The notes beneath the pieces were generated by a model. It was not told the DNA's origin and did no database searches. It worked only from the letters and a program-made list of their open reading frames with translations. A program made the translations under genes and the position numbers. A stretch of 64,000 nt of DNA, from the NCBI RefSeq assembly GCF_964355755.1, contig NC_092679.1, positions 11,453,432 to 11,517,431 of the forward strand. Direction: 5' to 3'. Below are positions 14,701-29,700 of the stretch, in pieces (positions within the stretch are counted from its first letter, which is position 1; each line of letters opens with the position of its first letter). This stretch comes from Antedon mediterranea. Its lineage: Eukaryota > Animalia > Echinodermata.

Positions 14701-17700
14701 GAGGTAAAATAATTATGTAAAATAATAGACATTGTAGAACGGCTGCTGGGATATGAATGCAAAGTAAAACAAATAATAATAGTAAGGCTTATTCAATTGC
14801 AATTCCATAACCTATACGATTAAATTATACTTGTTACCAGAAACATAAATCACATTTTTAAATGATGCATAACAAAAATCGGATGAGCCAACAAAAGATA
14901 AAAATAAATAAATAAAGTTCAAATTAGTGGATAAGTGAAAACATAATAATTATGGGCACATGAAGCACACGGTTGCACTCATCCGGTAAATCGCTTGTGA
15001 AGTTACATTATACTATATATACCAAAAACGCTTGCTGTTGGCAATATCAGTAACATACCATGCACAAGATTGTCTTGTAGGCCTATTTATTTACATACGT
15101 TCACCTTTAGAGTGGCTAAGAGCAATGCTGTTACCAAGTGATCATTTATAACATGTCAGAATTTTGTTAGTTATTCTGTGTGTTGTTTTAAAAAGTAGCA
15201 ATACGGTTAAGGCAGACAAATTGAGGAAACATTACCGGTATTGGTATATAAAATATTAAACATATAGTTACAGATTTGTAGCCGTTTCATCTTGTGCATA
15301 GAAGCAAATATAATAATTGGTAATAGGCCTATCGTATGTAAATCTATAGACTAAGTGTACTTTTATCATTGCTTTATCCTAACTCTATTAAAAAAAACAC
15401 GTTTTTATAATAAGAACAAGTACTAGGCCTAATATAAGTACTTTGCATCACGGATACTGAACATGTTTACAAAAACCAGGCTTTAAACATTCCTTTCAAC
15501 ATAATAAAAGGCAATACATTTGCTGTGTTATGTTGCCACATTTGTATTTTGTATATCAATAGTTTTTCAAAAGTTTTCTATTGTTTTTGTGAGAACGAAG
15601 TGTCTAATGTAACTAACAAACCAATCTAGAAGACTTCTTAAACTTGATCTTGATGATGTAATCTATGATAATTTTCACTAAAGTGGTTAGCTTTCCATTC
15701 TTGCTTTCCTCTTTATCTAATATGCTACTGTGGCACTTTTAAAAGAACCACTGCAATACGATGGTCAATAATTGGAACAGCTAACTACAATTTAAATAAA
15801 CAGAAAATAACGTATAGAACTACACACGTCGATGTTAGAAAAATGAGTACTGTATTTGAGGAACAGTATAGACTGTAAACTGTATGCAAAAAACATAAAA
15901 ATATACTACAGATAGTTTTAGCAACACGCCGTAAATATTGAAAAATGTATAAACGGCTGATCATTCAATAGACTTAACATTGATATAACTAGGCCTATAT
16001 GAAATCATTTTAACTTAATAATACCGGACATTGTATACGAGTTCGTCAATATTCCATTTGCGACCTGATTGTGACATACAGAATGGCCGAGAATGATTGA
16101 GTGCAGCATTCGGTTTAGAAATCGGTGGATACAGGAGAATTAAAGGTACCCCAACTCGGTCGCGCGGTTAGGATGAGATAGAGTATACACATTTCGTGTT
16201 GATTATAATATAGATTAACCGTCAATTTCTTTTGATTTATGTGACAGAAGGTGAAATATGAAAGTATGTGTAAGATAGATGGGAACTTTTGTACCTCATC
16301 GAATGTACCCGATAACAGTTTTACCGACTTAAATAGACGTTAATGTGTGTGAGCAAAATAAAAGTTTTGTGGCATTGTTGTAGGTGTAGATAGATGTATA
16401 AACCCTTCACACGTGGTAAAGACAACCACAAGCTGACCTCATTTTTGGGTGTTTGAACAAAACAATAAAGATGGATTCAGTTTAGATAGATACATCATTA
16501 GCCTATATTTCAAATTTAGCTTAAGTCGAAAGTACAGCAAACTAAACTACGTAGGCCTATGCCTTGATAGAGTATAAATCAACCGAAAACAAACCATCAA
16601 CAATCATTAACAATACTTAAATGACTGGGTCTAAATCACTGAGGCCTATTATTACAGATTTTGCCTATGATCCTGACATTCAATATCATATGTCCAGATA
16701 CAGTACAGAGAATCGAGTGTAATGATTTAATGTGCAAATATCGAGTTTACGAATACAAAAAGAACAAAATTAATATAGACGGAAATCGATAATAGAATAT
16801 GATATTGAATTACCTATATCTATCTTAGACTAATCGTATGATGAACCAAAGGAATTTTCAAGAGCCCTATCAAAGCAAATTATATTTGTGAACGTTTTTA
16901 CAAAACTGTGTCATTAATCATGTTCTAAATGAACTAAGAATGGAATGGTTTCGGTTTTTTTTAGACACGGTTCATTCTGATTAACCATTGTAGGATATAA
17001 CTTATCTTCTAATCAAAACATTGCACTCGTGACAATCGGAAAATAAACAGCAATTTTGTTTTAAAACGAATTAATCTCCTGAAGCTTATTTGTATATGTC
17101 TGGAAGGGACCTATGCTATACTGCCAGAATATGTTTCGTCACCCGGTCACCCACAATGTCGGTCGAATCGACAAGACAAAACTGTATATAGACAAAATTG
17201 TACAGGATGCATCTTCCTCTATCTATTGTTTGATGCTTGTCACTGTCTTCTAAGGATTCACAACACAACATATTGCAGTATTCACAACACAACATATTGC
17301 AGGATTCACAACACAACATATTGCAGTACTTTATTATTATATTTTTATTATATATAATACAATTTGTTTCAATTTATGACGTCATAGTTTAGTGGCGTAC
17401 TTAATAAAGCATAGTCATTGGTAACTGCGGCTATGATATTATATAATTGAAACCGTTAAAACCGTTAACAATATTAAGAAGACGAAAATTAATACTGATA
17501 ATCAATCTGAGCATTTACCAGTTTGTATTAAGCTTTATTTTATGAACTGTTCAATTAAAACATTACATGAATGTTTCTGGTACCAAATAGGCCAAAAACT
17601 GTTTTTTTTTGCTAAAAAGTACAATTAAAAGTACGTTAGTCTTGTTGCTTGGAACAATTTAGTTAACAATGTAATGTAAACTTGATGCTAGGGCCTACTT

Positions 17701-20700
17701 ATTGATATCAAACATGGTAAGAATAATAATAATTATAAGAATATTATAATATAACATCACCAATGTAAAGCGGTAGTACACACAATCATTGGATATTTCG
17801 ACTCCGAAAGCGATTTTGACATTTTAAAATATATAAAAACGCATCAGACAGGCGTATACAATGTGTTTATGAAGACAACACTATTCATATTATATTCGAC
17901 AACGCATTATTGTTACTTTGTTGTTTATTACTGTATACAGTATACGGTATTGCATTGTTGAAGAAGAATTAGGCCTTAGAACTTATTTGATCTTCCTATA
18001 CTAACTACATTATAAACTGCTACAATGTCAATGTTGACTTTGTGTAACTGGAGGCCAAATAAACCATACATTTAAGCAGGTCATATGCCTAAAAGAGAGA
18101 TTTTCTAATTTAAATCTTTTTAATTTGTTACTATTATGCACCACATTTTAAATTTTAGACCTTATGGGAAACGCATAGTAAATTGATATTGAGTTTACTG
18201 GAGTAATTCGGTGGCAATTTCAGTAAACTTATAGTAGTAAACGTGTAAGAAGTCTGTCTACATTAAAGTTGTTCTTTTATTAAAGGAAATTATAATAGAT
18301 GTTGAGCCTTCTTGTGTTTATATGTAATGATGAGCTGGGCCGGCAAGTTCCGTTAACTGTTCTAGATTGTCGTTAGGTCATATTGAAGAAAATGATCTGA
18401 TTCGACCTACAAAACGTGGTTTATACAACACCCATGGTTAAAGCAGAAAATAAGAAAATCGTAAATAGGCCTAAAATTAAAAACATATAGCATTTTCTTG
18501 ACTAACGTAATCAAATTTAATTTGTGCGATTTTTTGCGAGCCCATCGTCTTATAATTCACCCGATTCTGGGTACTACGATCTAGGCTTAGGCTCTTACCT
18601 TTAGTATTAGGCCTATTAGTGGGGAACCTAATTTTCCAAAAATCAGTTCCGTGAGATTTTAATGCTCAAGTTGAGTCCTTGGCAGTTTTGGAATCCTTAG
18701 GACTAGTAGAATTCATTGCAACCGGGGAAGTTATGTAATAAAGTATCATTGTATCGCATAGTACCATTATATTTTTTAAGTTAGTTAGTCAGTTAAAAAT
18801 AATAGAATAGTTTTCATTTAATTATGTATTGTTTATTAGGTTGATACTGCATGCAGCATACCGTGTGTGACTTGGCGGTGCATTGTTCTTCAATATTATA
18901 GAAAAACAATAGAAAATCGGAACACAGCTGAGTGCAATCTATACTGGAATTTGCCATTTACACACGATTTGATTGAATTTCCAATGCCGACAACGTAGTA
19001 AATTTAAAACAATCATTTGATGACAATAACATTTTTTCCGTAAATTTGATATCCTTATTTTCATGAACGTATTAAACAAAAAACTGGAATAATATTGTAC
19101 GGTAATTACAGGCCTTATTTTTGCATTAGGAGAAAAGACCATTATAAAAAAATCTCGGGATACAAATTACAAGAAAAACAAAAAAGACTTTCCTTAAAAT
19201 ACAAACTCTGTTAATGGATAAAAAATAAACAAATTTAAATTAAACAAAAAGTAGGTCGTACTAAAAAAATCTAATTATTAATTAGTACTAAGCCAAATTT
19301 AGAGTCTATGTTCATAGTCAATTTGTAAACATACAGTAGGCCTATAACGATGAAAAAAGTTGTCATGTCGTTTACAATTTAACCACATTTTGTCCATGCA
19401 ATATATATGTTTTTAACCTAAATTGGTCAACAGAATGTGAATTCAATTTATATATACACAATCAAGATGGGAACAAGAAATAGAAAAGTAATAATTTCGA
19501 TCTTTATACTTGATGATCTCTTAACTTACAATAAATACTAAATAGTACCATATTCATTGTACACTAATTTTCCCCGTGTATGGCAAGATATTCCTAAGAC
19601 AACATTCTTTATTTAACACATTTGTGACAGCTCTCCGGTCTTATGTAACTTTTTAATTTATTTTTCTCTTTTAACAATAATTTTTATCTGTAAATAATAT
19701 TTATATTATATATTTATATATTTTTATATATCTTATACTCAATTTTAATTGTTCAATTTGATGCTACGCAATTTTTATATCTTTGTATTTTTATTGTTTA
19801 CTTCTATATGTTGAAGTGCAGTATATGGAGAGCCATCTCGATAGTGCTTTGCACTCATGGCAATCCCCAGGGTGCTGCACCGCTGTCTTGTATGTATTTT
19901 TGTGCCTGGAAATTGAATAAAATAAAAAAAAAATAAAATAAAAATGTACATTTATTTTGTTTGCAAAACAAGCAACACAGAGTGCAATACGATAACTGGT
20001 GTATTGTAAATGTAAAAAAATATCAATCACACATTTTAAAATGTGTAAGGTTTAGTGATTTGTTATTGCAAATAAAACAATATCGTAATAACTTGTAGGC
20101 CTAATTAAAACAGTTAATTGTTTCCATTTCTCAAGCTATCCAATTGTTGGTTATATGCGGTTCAATGTCACATGGGAGCGCAAGACCACCACCATCACAG
20201 TCCAGCCTAGGGCTTTGTATAGAACCAATTTCCCAAATGAACCTTAAAATTAAATTTGCCTGTTGTATGCATTTCTTTCGGCTGTTGAATGATATCGAAA
20301 TGATCGTAAATCAAAGCCTTGTAACCTTCCGAGATTGTTTTAATCGTAATGTAGCTCATGTCGGCTGTTGAACTCACAAAGTCCGACAATCGCACTCCAT
20401 CCAATCGTTTTAAATAGGTAAATGGGTTACAGCTTTCTCAATTATTATTTCAATTTATGTTTCGCGAAAAAAAAATCTGTCTAATAATATTTACTGACTT
20501 TATTATTGTTTAATGTTTCTCGAATTATGACTTATTATAATTATTTTGAGGATGGTTGCATGAAGCAGCCATCGGTGCTACGAGTCATGTTTCTAAAATG
20601 TTAATGAGCTGCTGGAACAAACATATGACATTGTTAAGTTGCCCTACTGACTAATATAACTAATATTTTATTATATTAAATTATATACTTACTTGTAGCT

Positions 20701-23700
20701 TCTTCAAGTCATCAATATTCATGATTTGCATTTTCAAATTCACCGTAATATCAATCATAACTTTGAAAAAAGATTTCCAATTGACGCATGCGCATATTTG
20801 TGATTTAATCTTTGTTAAATGACATAACGTATTACATTGTATTCGTTTAACAATCTATTTATGATTTAAGGCAATGGCGACAAGCTTTAACGGGTGGGAT
20901 TTGTATTATGTATAAAACATCTATAAATCATAAACGAATTGGTTTTTTAAATTTCAAACAGTCAGTGCTCGAGTTACAATGTGAAATGATATCTTACAAC
21001 ATGAATAACAAATTAAAAAAGAGTTTATGAGATACACTGATGACTATTAGCAGTTGTAGGACCTCTCGTCTGCTTAGACGCCGTAAACATTTCGCGTAAT
21101 TCATATTTCCTCGTTCACAAACGAAATATAAAATAACAAAATTCCAACGTTCCCGCCGAGCCCTCGCACGTCAAGTAAACAGCCAGATCAGCTGTCAAAG
21201 GAACTTTTTGTGGGAGGTTTCTGTCGTTATTTAAATAATCATGATTTAATGTTCCCTTATGAATATCCAGAATAGTACTTCTAAACTTTGCAGTTTCAGC
21301 ACATCGTCCCACTTAACGAATATTAGTTTCATTTTTTAAAATTTAAATTGTGCCATCCTTCACCAGAGAAGCATTATTTATTATTACTATTTTTTGTAAT
21401 GTGATCGTGATAATAATCGATAAAAACACCATTCCAATAAAGTATATCAATTGTTAGTGAAAAGGTTAATCTGGATCTCTATATTTATGGTATCATTAAT
21501 CAAATTTTCTTTTTGATGATTCCTAAATAACGATACATCTAATTTTCAGAATTGTGTACCGTATGTATATGAATATAGAATCCGAGCGGCCTAATCAATG
21601 CGATTTTTCGACCATAGGTCTCGAAAAAACCTTGAATCAATACTATCATTAAATGGTGTGGTGGTGCACCAAATGAAATATTTCTAGCGTTGCGCATGAA
21701 GACGTAATAGGCATTGAATATCACGGATATTAAATGATTTTGCGATAATTTGGAACTTTTAATTCTTTTGTATTTCTATTAAAAGAAACACCAGGGAATT
21801 TAACTCTTCCCTGGAAAAACAAACAATGGTTTGACATCAATAGATGCTATAAAATAAATTCATTTCAGCATTAATATCGTTTTCGTTGAAAAAACACAGT
21901 TCCTAAACATAGATTGAGATATGAAAACGAATCACGGATAATTAAAAGTTTATTTTATTTTTTGTTGAGATTATACATTTTGTTGATCTTTAAAACATGA
22001 ATACTAAATAGTTGTTTGAAAGTGGGTTGACTTGATCCGAGTATGTAGTAATTCGGCGTGTTTTCGAGCTCAAGTATCCATGACAAAATAGCTATCTTTT
22101 ATATATATATTATATTATATATATTAAGTCGAAACATAGTATAGAACCTTAATGACTAAGAAGTGGGTGGAAGATTATCAAATCTTAAACGCTTATTAAA
22201 GGGAAATGAAAGAGAACAGGTGGACTCGTGAAGGTCCTTAATTCAGTACAACATAATTTTGTTTGTATGTAAATGGAAAAAAGGCATTAACACTAAAATA
22301 CTAGTTTTGAGATATTGAGCAGGAATCGTGATTTTCGAAGGAATTTTAATAGTGCTTTTTGAAGTTAAAAAATACCAAAACATGGTTCACGACTTCACTT
22401 GGCACAGTTTAACTCTCATCTCATTATAAATTAATTATGCTATTATAACTAGATGAGTTAATTTATACCATAACTTAGTTTTATTTAATCTACAATTGGA
22501 TTTACGTCGAGGACCAATATTAATATGGGAAGACAAGAATCAAAGATAAGAAGAATATCAAAACACTGTATGTTTGGATCACAATTGTTGTGAAGATTGT
22601 TTATTTCCATAGGCCTATAGTATACCATCCTTTTAACGTCGTTTTATTTATGTTTGTTTTGCACTTTATACTTTCCATTACACTCTTTTGCGGTCAATGA
22701 ATCGCTTAAATCGTCAAATTTCATGTGATCGTTAAATTACCAAGATATGAAGCATTTAAGTTATAATTAATCAATTATTATTATTTGCTTCTAGCATTTC
22801 CTTGTTCGTTCAATTATGATGAATAGTGTGTGTTACAGAATCAATATTGACCACGTGCAACCATGTAAATTACATGCATTGCCTGAAATTGAGAATTATA
22901 AGTCAATAATTCTAAGTGACTGATTTCGTTCAACAAAGCCATTTACGGATTGATTCTATAACAGCGAAGTCATGGGTTTAAAGATCCTTATCCTATATAT
23001 GATATTACTTACGTCTTGTCTAAAGTTTTAATCGAGATAGGTCTTTGTAACATTTTCAAAAGTGGATATTGGCTATATACACCTGACATTTTTTTCAATC
23101 AATTTGTGTTTTTTCTTTGTTTTTCTTATTCGCCTGTTTTTTTTCTTTCAGTTTTATGATTTGTGTTTTTTTATATATTTATATGTTTGTTTTATCTGTT
23201 TATTTAAATGACCCTTGATTGTCAGTATTATGCTGATTAGGGTCACAAGGTTAAATAATAAAAGCAACAAATACAAAAATAACTTCGAATGGAAGAAACA
23301 GCGTAAGAATATTTTAAAATATAATGCTAAACAGATAATAAAAGTTTGTATTTGTTGTTGGATTCAGATTAACCATACACATAGAGCTGTAGAACTACGG
23401 AAACTAGTTAACATTGAAATGAAATCTGTGGATATAGGAATAAAGAAAATGTAAAACATTATCTCATAAAATTGGCTACGGGATTATTAAGCTTTATTCG
23501 CATAAAAAATATATTATTTATAAATTATACATCAATTATAATAATACCAATTATTGAATTGATTTAAGTAAATCGTTATTCCTTACCAATTTTCTCCAGT
23601 CATCTTTATCGAATACTAAGCAATGCTAAATGCCAAAAAGCTATTGGTATAACCTGTATTCAGATTGTTACACCGATAATGGATCAGACCAATTTGGAAA

Positions 23701-26700
23701 AATCATAATCTTTTATTAATTATTGCGTTTTAATGTTCCCCAATCATGCTCAAAAATTTCCACAACACAAATCAGACTGAACACATCTTACAAGGCGTCG
23801 CTAAACCTCCGTGGTTAAATAAAGTTGAATTGAATTGAAACAATCTTATAAAGCTGATATTGTCTAAAACGGACATAAAATATCAGGTTAAATATGGAAT
23901 TTTTTCAAAATTCTATTTAAACTTTACTTTACTTTAAAAAAAATTTTTAAATCTACATTCCTAAAGACAATTGTTTCTTCGGCCATTGCATATAGGTAAG
24001 CCTTAACCTCTTGATATTGCAATATTAATGAATGATTATTACTGTATATAGTGCGGCGTATAGTTTCTGTTAATTGCTGTAACTTTTTCCCTTTGTAGAT
24101 CGAAGATCATTTGATTTCTGAAATTGGTATATATTACTTTCATTATCTTAAACCACAACAAACTTTACCTTATTTTACTGTACACAACTCATATTGGCCA
24201 CCATCCATATACTATCTTATTGGCTGTTGTGCAATTTTGCATATAAGCATCACTGTAATTGCATTTGTGCGGTATTACTCGAAACAAACAATATAAAACA
24301 ATATTGTCAATAGAACTTTCTAAATCAAATAGGCATAGGAATTGTCTGATATTAAAAGTTATATATTTTTAACAAGGCCATTATACATGACTAAAAATGT
24401 AGGTATAGTCAGACTATGTGTTGGTATAGCCTTTCAAGAATGTTAATACAATGTTTCTAATGAGTAACGACATACACTGGGCTAGAATTATGCTTAGATG
24501 TTACATCATACGACATACACTGGGCTAGAATTATGCTTAGATGTTAAATTATTTTGTATACAAACGTTTAATTTTAAGTTGAAACATTTTTTGGAGAAAG
24601 GTTTATAAACTACAATATTACATTTTACGTAAAAGAGCAAAATATACAAAAAATAAATTGTATTACCTGTGAATTGTAAGACAATATAATTCAATTTGTT
24701 TAATATACAACCATAACAATTATTGTATCAATTCACAATTTTACTTGTATGTGTCCAATTATCGTGTATTATGATATTGTATACTGAGGCCCTGATGGAT
24801 TTGATTGACCAATTGCACATTTTCAACGGGAAGCGATTAACGTGTTTGATTTAAAGTAGTATGAATTCATAAAAAAAACACCATTTTATATTAATGTGGT
24901 AATTAGAAAAAGAATAATGTTATTTATGAATTTTAATGACGCTTTCTATCAGCAAAATAATATTGCGATAAAAATAAAGGAATATATTATATCTATCAAT
25001 GGGTAGCTGACATTCGGGTCAAATTGTAGGGGGTATATGAGATGAATGATCATGTCAGCTACATGACAGTCCACTTGTCAAAGTACAATGTTTGATTTAC
25101 TTTGAATATACTAACTGTTATTTAAAAATATCAGTATGGAATGGTTTAATAATATCAAAACTATTGCTATAAATAAAAAATATATCTGTAATTCATAGAT
25201 GGATGATCTGCTCTAATTGACATAGAAAGAAATGGTAAACAATGTGATGCATCCATCTGTACGGGGAACTTAATTAAACTTTCGTTTTCTACGGAAAAAC
25301 AACAAAACAGCACAACCGAATATTCAACCTTAATGTGCTTTATTTACTCAAATTAAGTATGTTATAATTACTTTATAGGTATCTTGGCGCAAGAGTCTAG
25401 TCTTAGCCACTACCGTCGATCATAATCACTTTCAAGTTTGTGTTTACTACACTTAAAAAACGATTCCGTTCAAAGGTCAATAAACTTCGTTTAGACAACA
25501 CATTAATAACGATCGGTACAAAATCTGATTTGCCAAATAAGTTTCTAATTATTATAGTGGTAAAAAAATGACAAAACAAAGTTGTAAGATTTTCATGCAA
25601 ACAAAATAATTTACTATCATCTGGCAAGAAAACCATCGTTGATTTGTGGTCACAACACAAAATGACGGTACTACTCTTTATCATTGTTTACACCGTGGTT
25701 GTATAAAATACTTATATCATCTCATGACATTATGGTATTTATAGGCTATTTCGTCTTCTTTTCTGATTGTTTTATTCATTTATTTTGGTATAAAAAAATA
25801 TCAATAATAAAAAGCAACATAAACAAAAAAAATATATATGGGCTGAACACAGCAAACATTTAAACACACCAATACAAATAATAAAATAAATAACATTAAA
25901 AAAAGGAAATTTCAAAATTCGTATACAAAATCCCAATTAAAATTCATACGCTTGTGAGTACCACAGGACGATAACGATGGTCGATAAATACAAGCATTTT
26001 TGTTACATAAAACAAAACAAATCTAAAAAGTATTCATCATATAACTATGGATTACCATCTATGTTGTCTTTGATAACATTTATATTTTCACACGTTCAAT
26101 CAAATGACGTCATGATTAGTAAAAGCATGATATCGTGATCATGACGTCATTTGATTGGATTACAAAAATAATACTTGAATCAGCATTTATGGTTATCCTA
26201 TAGTTTTAGAGTGGACACTTTTCGAATGTATTATGTTTATGTAAGAAAATTGTATGTTTATCCATTCGTCGATCGCCCTATTTCTCGCAGCTTTTTAAGA
26301 CATTGAAAAAACTTTGTAAATTAAAATTGTTATCGCGAAGTTAAATTAAAGGAGATGTTTACCAGATTAGATATTCAATTACAATGGTTATAAAAATTAC
26401 CAGGAAAGTGGTTGTTATCTTCTTCGTAAAAAATGTCTAATCTAATTAAAATCACTTACGCACTGTTATTCCTATTAAGCTACTTTATGTTTAATCATAG
26501 CGTACCTAGTTAGTATGCCTAATAGTGGTAAAATTCATGATGGACTACTCAAGTCATATTGATTAGTTATAGTTGTATCAGATTGTTGTGAGATCACCTT
26601 TTAATAATTTAATTATAATTACTAAAATACTACACCGAGATGATGATAATGACTGACGATGTTGATGTTTTCTGATATCAAAAAAAATATGAATGATATG

Positions 26701-29700
26701 AGAATAAATATTTAGGCCTATTTGTCAATTTAAAAACCTATTTGAATATGATACATTCGTAGGCCTCATCAGATAGGAGCAGGGTGCGGGTCAAACAATT
26801 TGTTAAAGTTTTTGAATATTTTTTTACTCATCCAAATTCAATCCTCTTTAAAATTGTGTAACGGTTCCGAACTGTCGTTGTCCTGATCGGTTATGTATGT
26901 TAGATGTTGTTAAGCCATGTTTCAATCCAATATTTAACAAACGCTCGGAACTGCTTATTTCCTTCTGTTTCACCGCAAACCAACATATTTTACAGCTACT
27001 AATTATCAACAAACCGCTATCGTGTTTTTTAAAAATGGTTAACAGTTCTGGTTCGAATACTTGTAAAGTGTGGGCCCGTAACAAACCGATATAACACAAG
27101 TGTTATCATTATGTCTAGCGACAATAAACAGTAGTGCAGTATCGCATCTTCCGACAGCAACTCCCAGAAACCTTGTTACCATGTGCTATGGTATGGGCCT
27201 GTTGTATACCGCTCGTTTATGTATTCGCGGCTGAAATTTAACCTACAAGAAATGTGTCATGTTTCCAGAAATGTTCAAGCTCCGTTTGTTTATATACATT
27301 CTACTAAAGTACAATAAAGATGGCCTAAATATTGGGAGCACAACATTTTACGGCAATCAAGTGTATTAGAGTTAAGTTCATTATCTTATTTGATAAGTGG
27401 TTATCCACTTACAGTGCTGTCCAATTACCTGCTGATAGATTGAATTACGTAAAAAACGTCTTCATTTGTCATCTTGATAAACACTTTAAATTGATATTAA
27501 GTTGTACAGATGTCACAATGATTTGATTACATTGCACAATTGTATGTTAAAGGAATACCGGTATTTACTTTTAAATACATAACAATATAACTAAATCGTT
27601 ATATGGAGTCAAGATGAAAACTGGGCCCTATTATTTTCATACATAACATAAAAAGTACTCTGGCATATTTTACACTTTCAGTTAAACAAATGTGTCTTTA
27701 CTCGTGCACTTATACGTACTTGTCAAGCATGAAACTACAAGATGATATAGCTAATTATAACAATTAAGTTTCTCTAGTTTACGGTAACCCGACTTTCTTA
27801 TATTATTTTTATCACGTGGTGAAATCTCGACCACTTATTATAAAACGGTCAAGACAGAACAATTGTTACTTGTATTAAAAAAAAACTCTTAGGTCGCTCT
27901 CCAATGAGAGATTGTATTCAGTGTATAAGCCTACTGGACACTAGCCCCACCATACAAGTGTAATCAGATCTGTAATGAATATACAATTACACATTCATAT
28001 TTGATCATTATATAATGTAGCTGTAAATTGTGTGCATTAAGCACACGTTTACCTATAGTAAAAATGATTTCACTTACCTGTAGGGTGATCGGCTGTTGAT
28101 GTGCTATGTCGAAATGCTAGAATGTCATTAACTGTATGAGACGGAGGCCAGTGCCGGAGTGGTGTACAGGGACTTGATGTTGAAACATGCTTAGAATTAG
28201 AAGGTGCTGGACATGGGTATGGATACAGTGGGTTATAAATAGAGCGATGGTGTTCTTTACAGTCAAAACTACTCTGATAATGAGTACTATTCTGTCCAAT
28301 TTTGTTTCTTAATATTCGACTAATCGAACTGACTGATGGTACATTGTATTTATCACATACACCGTCTGCTAATAATTTGTCCCGAATCTCCCAAGCAAAT
28401 ATACCCGGGTCTTTGTGTTTATATTCTCGTATGTGTTTAACAACTTTCGGTGTTGTGACTCTTGGTTTACTGCCTCCGATTGCACCAGGAAGAATTGAAC
28501 CAGTTTCGTTGTATCGAGCCAATATCTTGCTAACACAACCATGAGATACCCTGAGTTGACGACTGATGTCACACGGTCGGATTCCAAGCTGGGCTAGCTC
28601 CACAATTCGAAGACGAATAGCATTTGGTAAAGGACGTCCGTTAACAAATACACCACCTAGCTGATTTACTTCACCAAATGTTTGTTCTGTGGAAAACACA
28701 CCATAAAATGCCATTTTAACTTAGTTGTAAATGTTATTTAAAAATTGAAATAAAACAAAAATTCGTCAGGCAGTGTATCATCACTCTTGTAAAAACCCCA
28801 CAGTCTATTTTGATTCCAACGATGTCTTTATTACTTCATTCTCACATGAATAACTAAGTGCAACAAGTCTTGGCCATAAGTTGGAATGTGAATTTATACT
28901 TGTCAATGGACAAGGGTTAATGCACGGCTGGTTGCTTGTTGTCAGTGTCCATAATTACGTTACAATAGCTTGCGGGAAAGCTCAATCTACAATCCATTTT
29001 TCTACCATTAAGGATCAAATTTGACACCAAAATGTGTTTGATTTTTGTTGGTAGCGTTTCCGATTGCAAGCATAATTTATTTGCGTCAGCCATCGATCGT
29101 CGGTTCGAAGCTGAGAAACTCTATCCAACAAATTGTCTGGACTATTGAATGTAGTTTTCAGTTTTAACTAAGCGAGAAAGTCTTTAATTGTCATGTATCA
29201 AAGTCAAATAAAAACGAGCTTACTTAAGTACTCTTAGACGGATACTTTTCTACCAATCTCAGTGTTGAAACCTACTGTAAACGGAGCGTAACAGCGTGCT
29301 CTTTAGCGTTCCATTTATAGCATTTGGAGTGAAATCTTCAGTCCATTACAACACTCAGTGATCATTTTCAAAAGCAATTAATATCGTTTAATCATGAAAG
29401 TGATACATTCTAAGCACTAGTACTATTTTTTATTAGGCCTACAATGTCTATTATTAGGCCTACTTGTGACGATTTAACAATTTATATGCATTTAAAAGGA
29501 ATGTATAACTACATTCATACTATAAGTTCAGATACTATTATCCCAGTAATTTATAATAGTTTTAATTTAGATATGACAAGACCTACAATTTGGGAAGAAA
29601 AAATTAATCTTCACTATTATAGATTTTTTTTCCATTACATTATATTATTTCATCCACTCCTAAATTATGATATTCTAAGCGAGTATGACCGGCTTAGTAG

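Noticed and set aside
20144-20404. Overlapping short ORFs in a slightly GC-richer patch of Pax1/9 intron 2
   Set aside because: No recognisable domain and no convincing splice sites in the required phase.
26848-27099. Antiparallel ORFs of 83 and 65 aa
   Set aside because: No recognisable homology or exon boundaries; compatible with chance.
28687-28714. ORF-track N-terminus MAFYGVFST for Pax1/9
   Set aside because: This is the intron's acceptor region; the ATG-G mini exon at 33786-33783 gives the canonical ME start.
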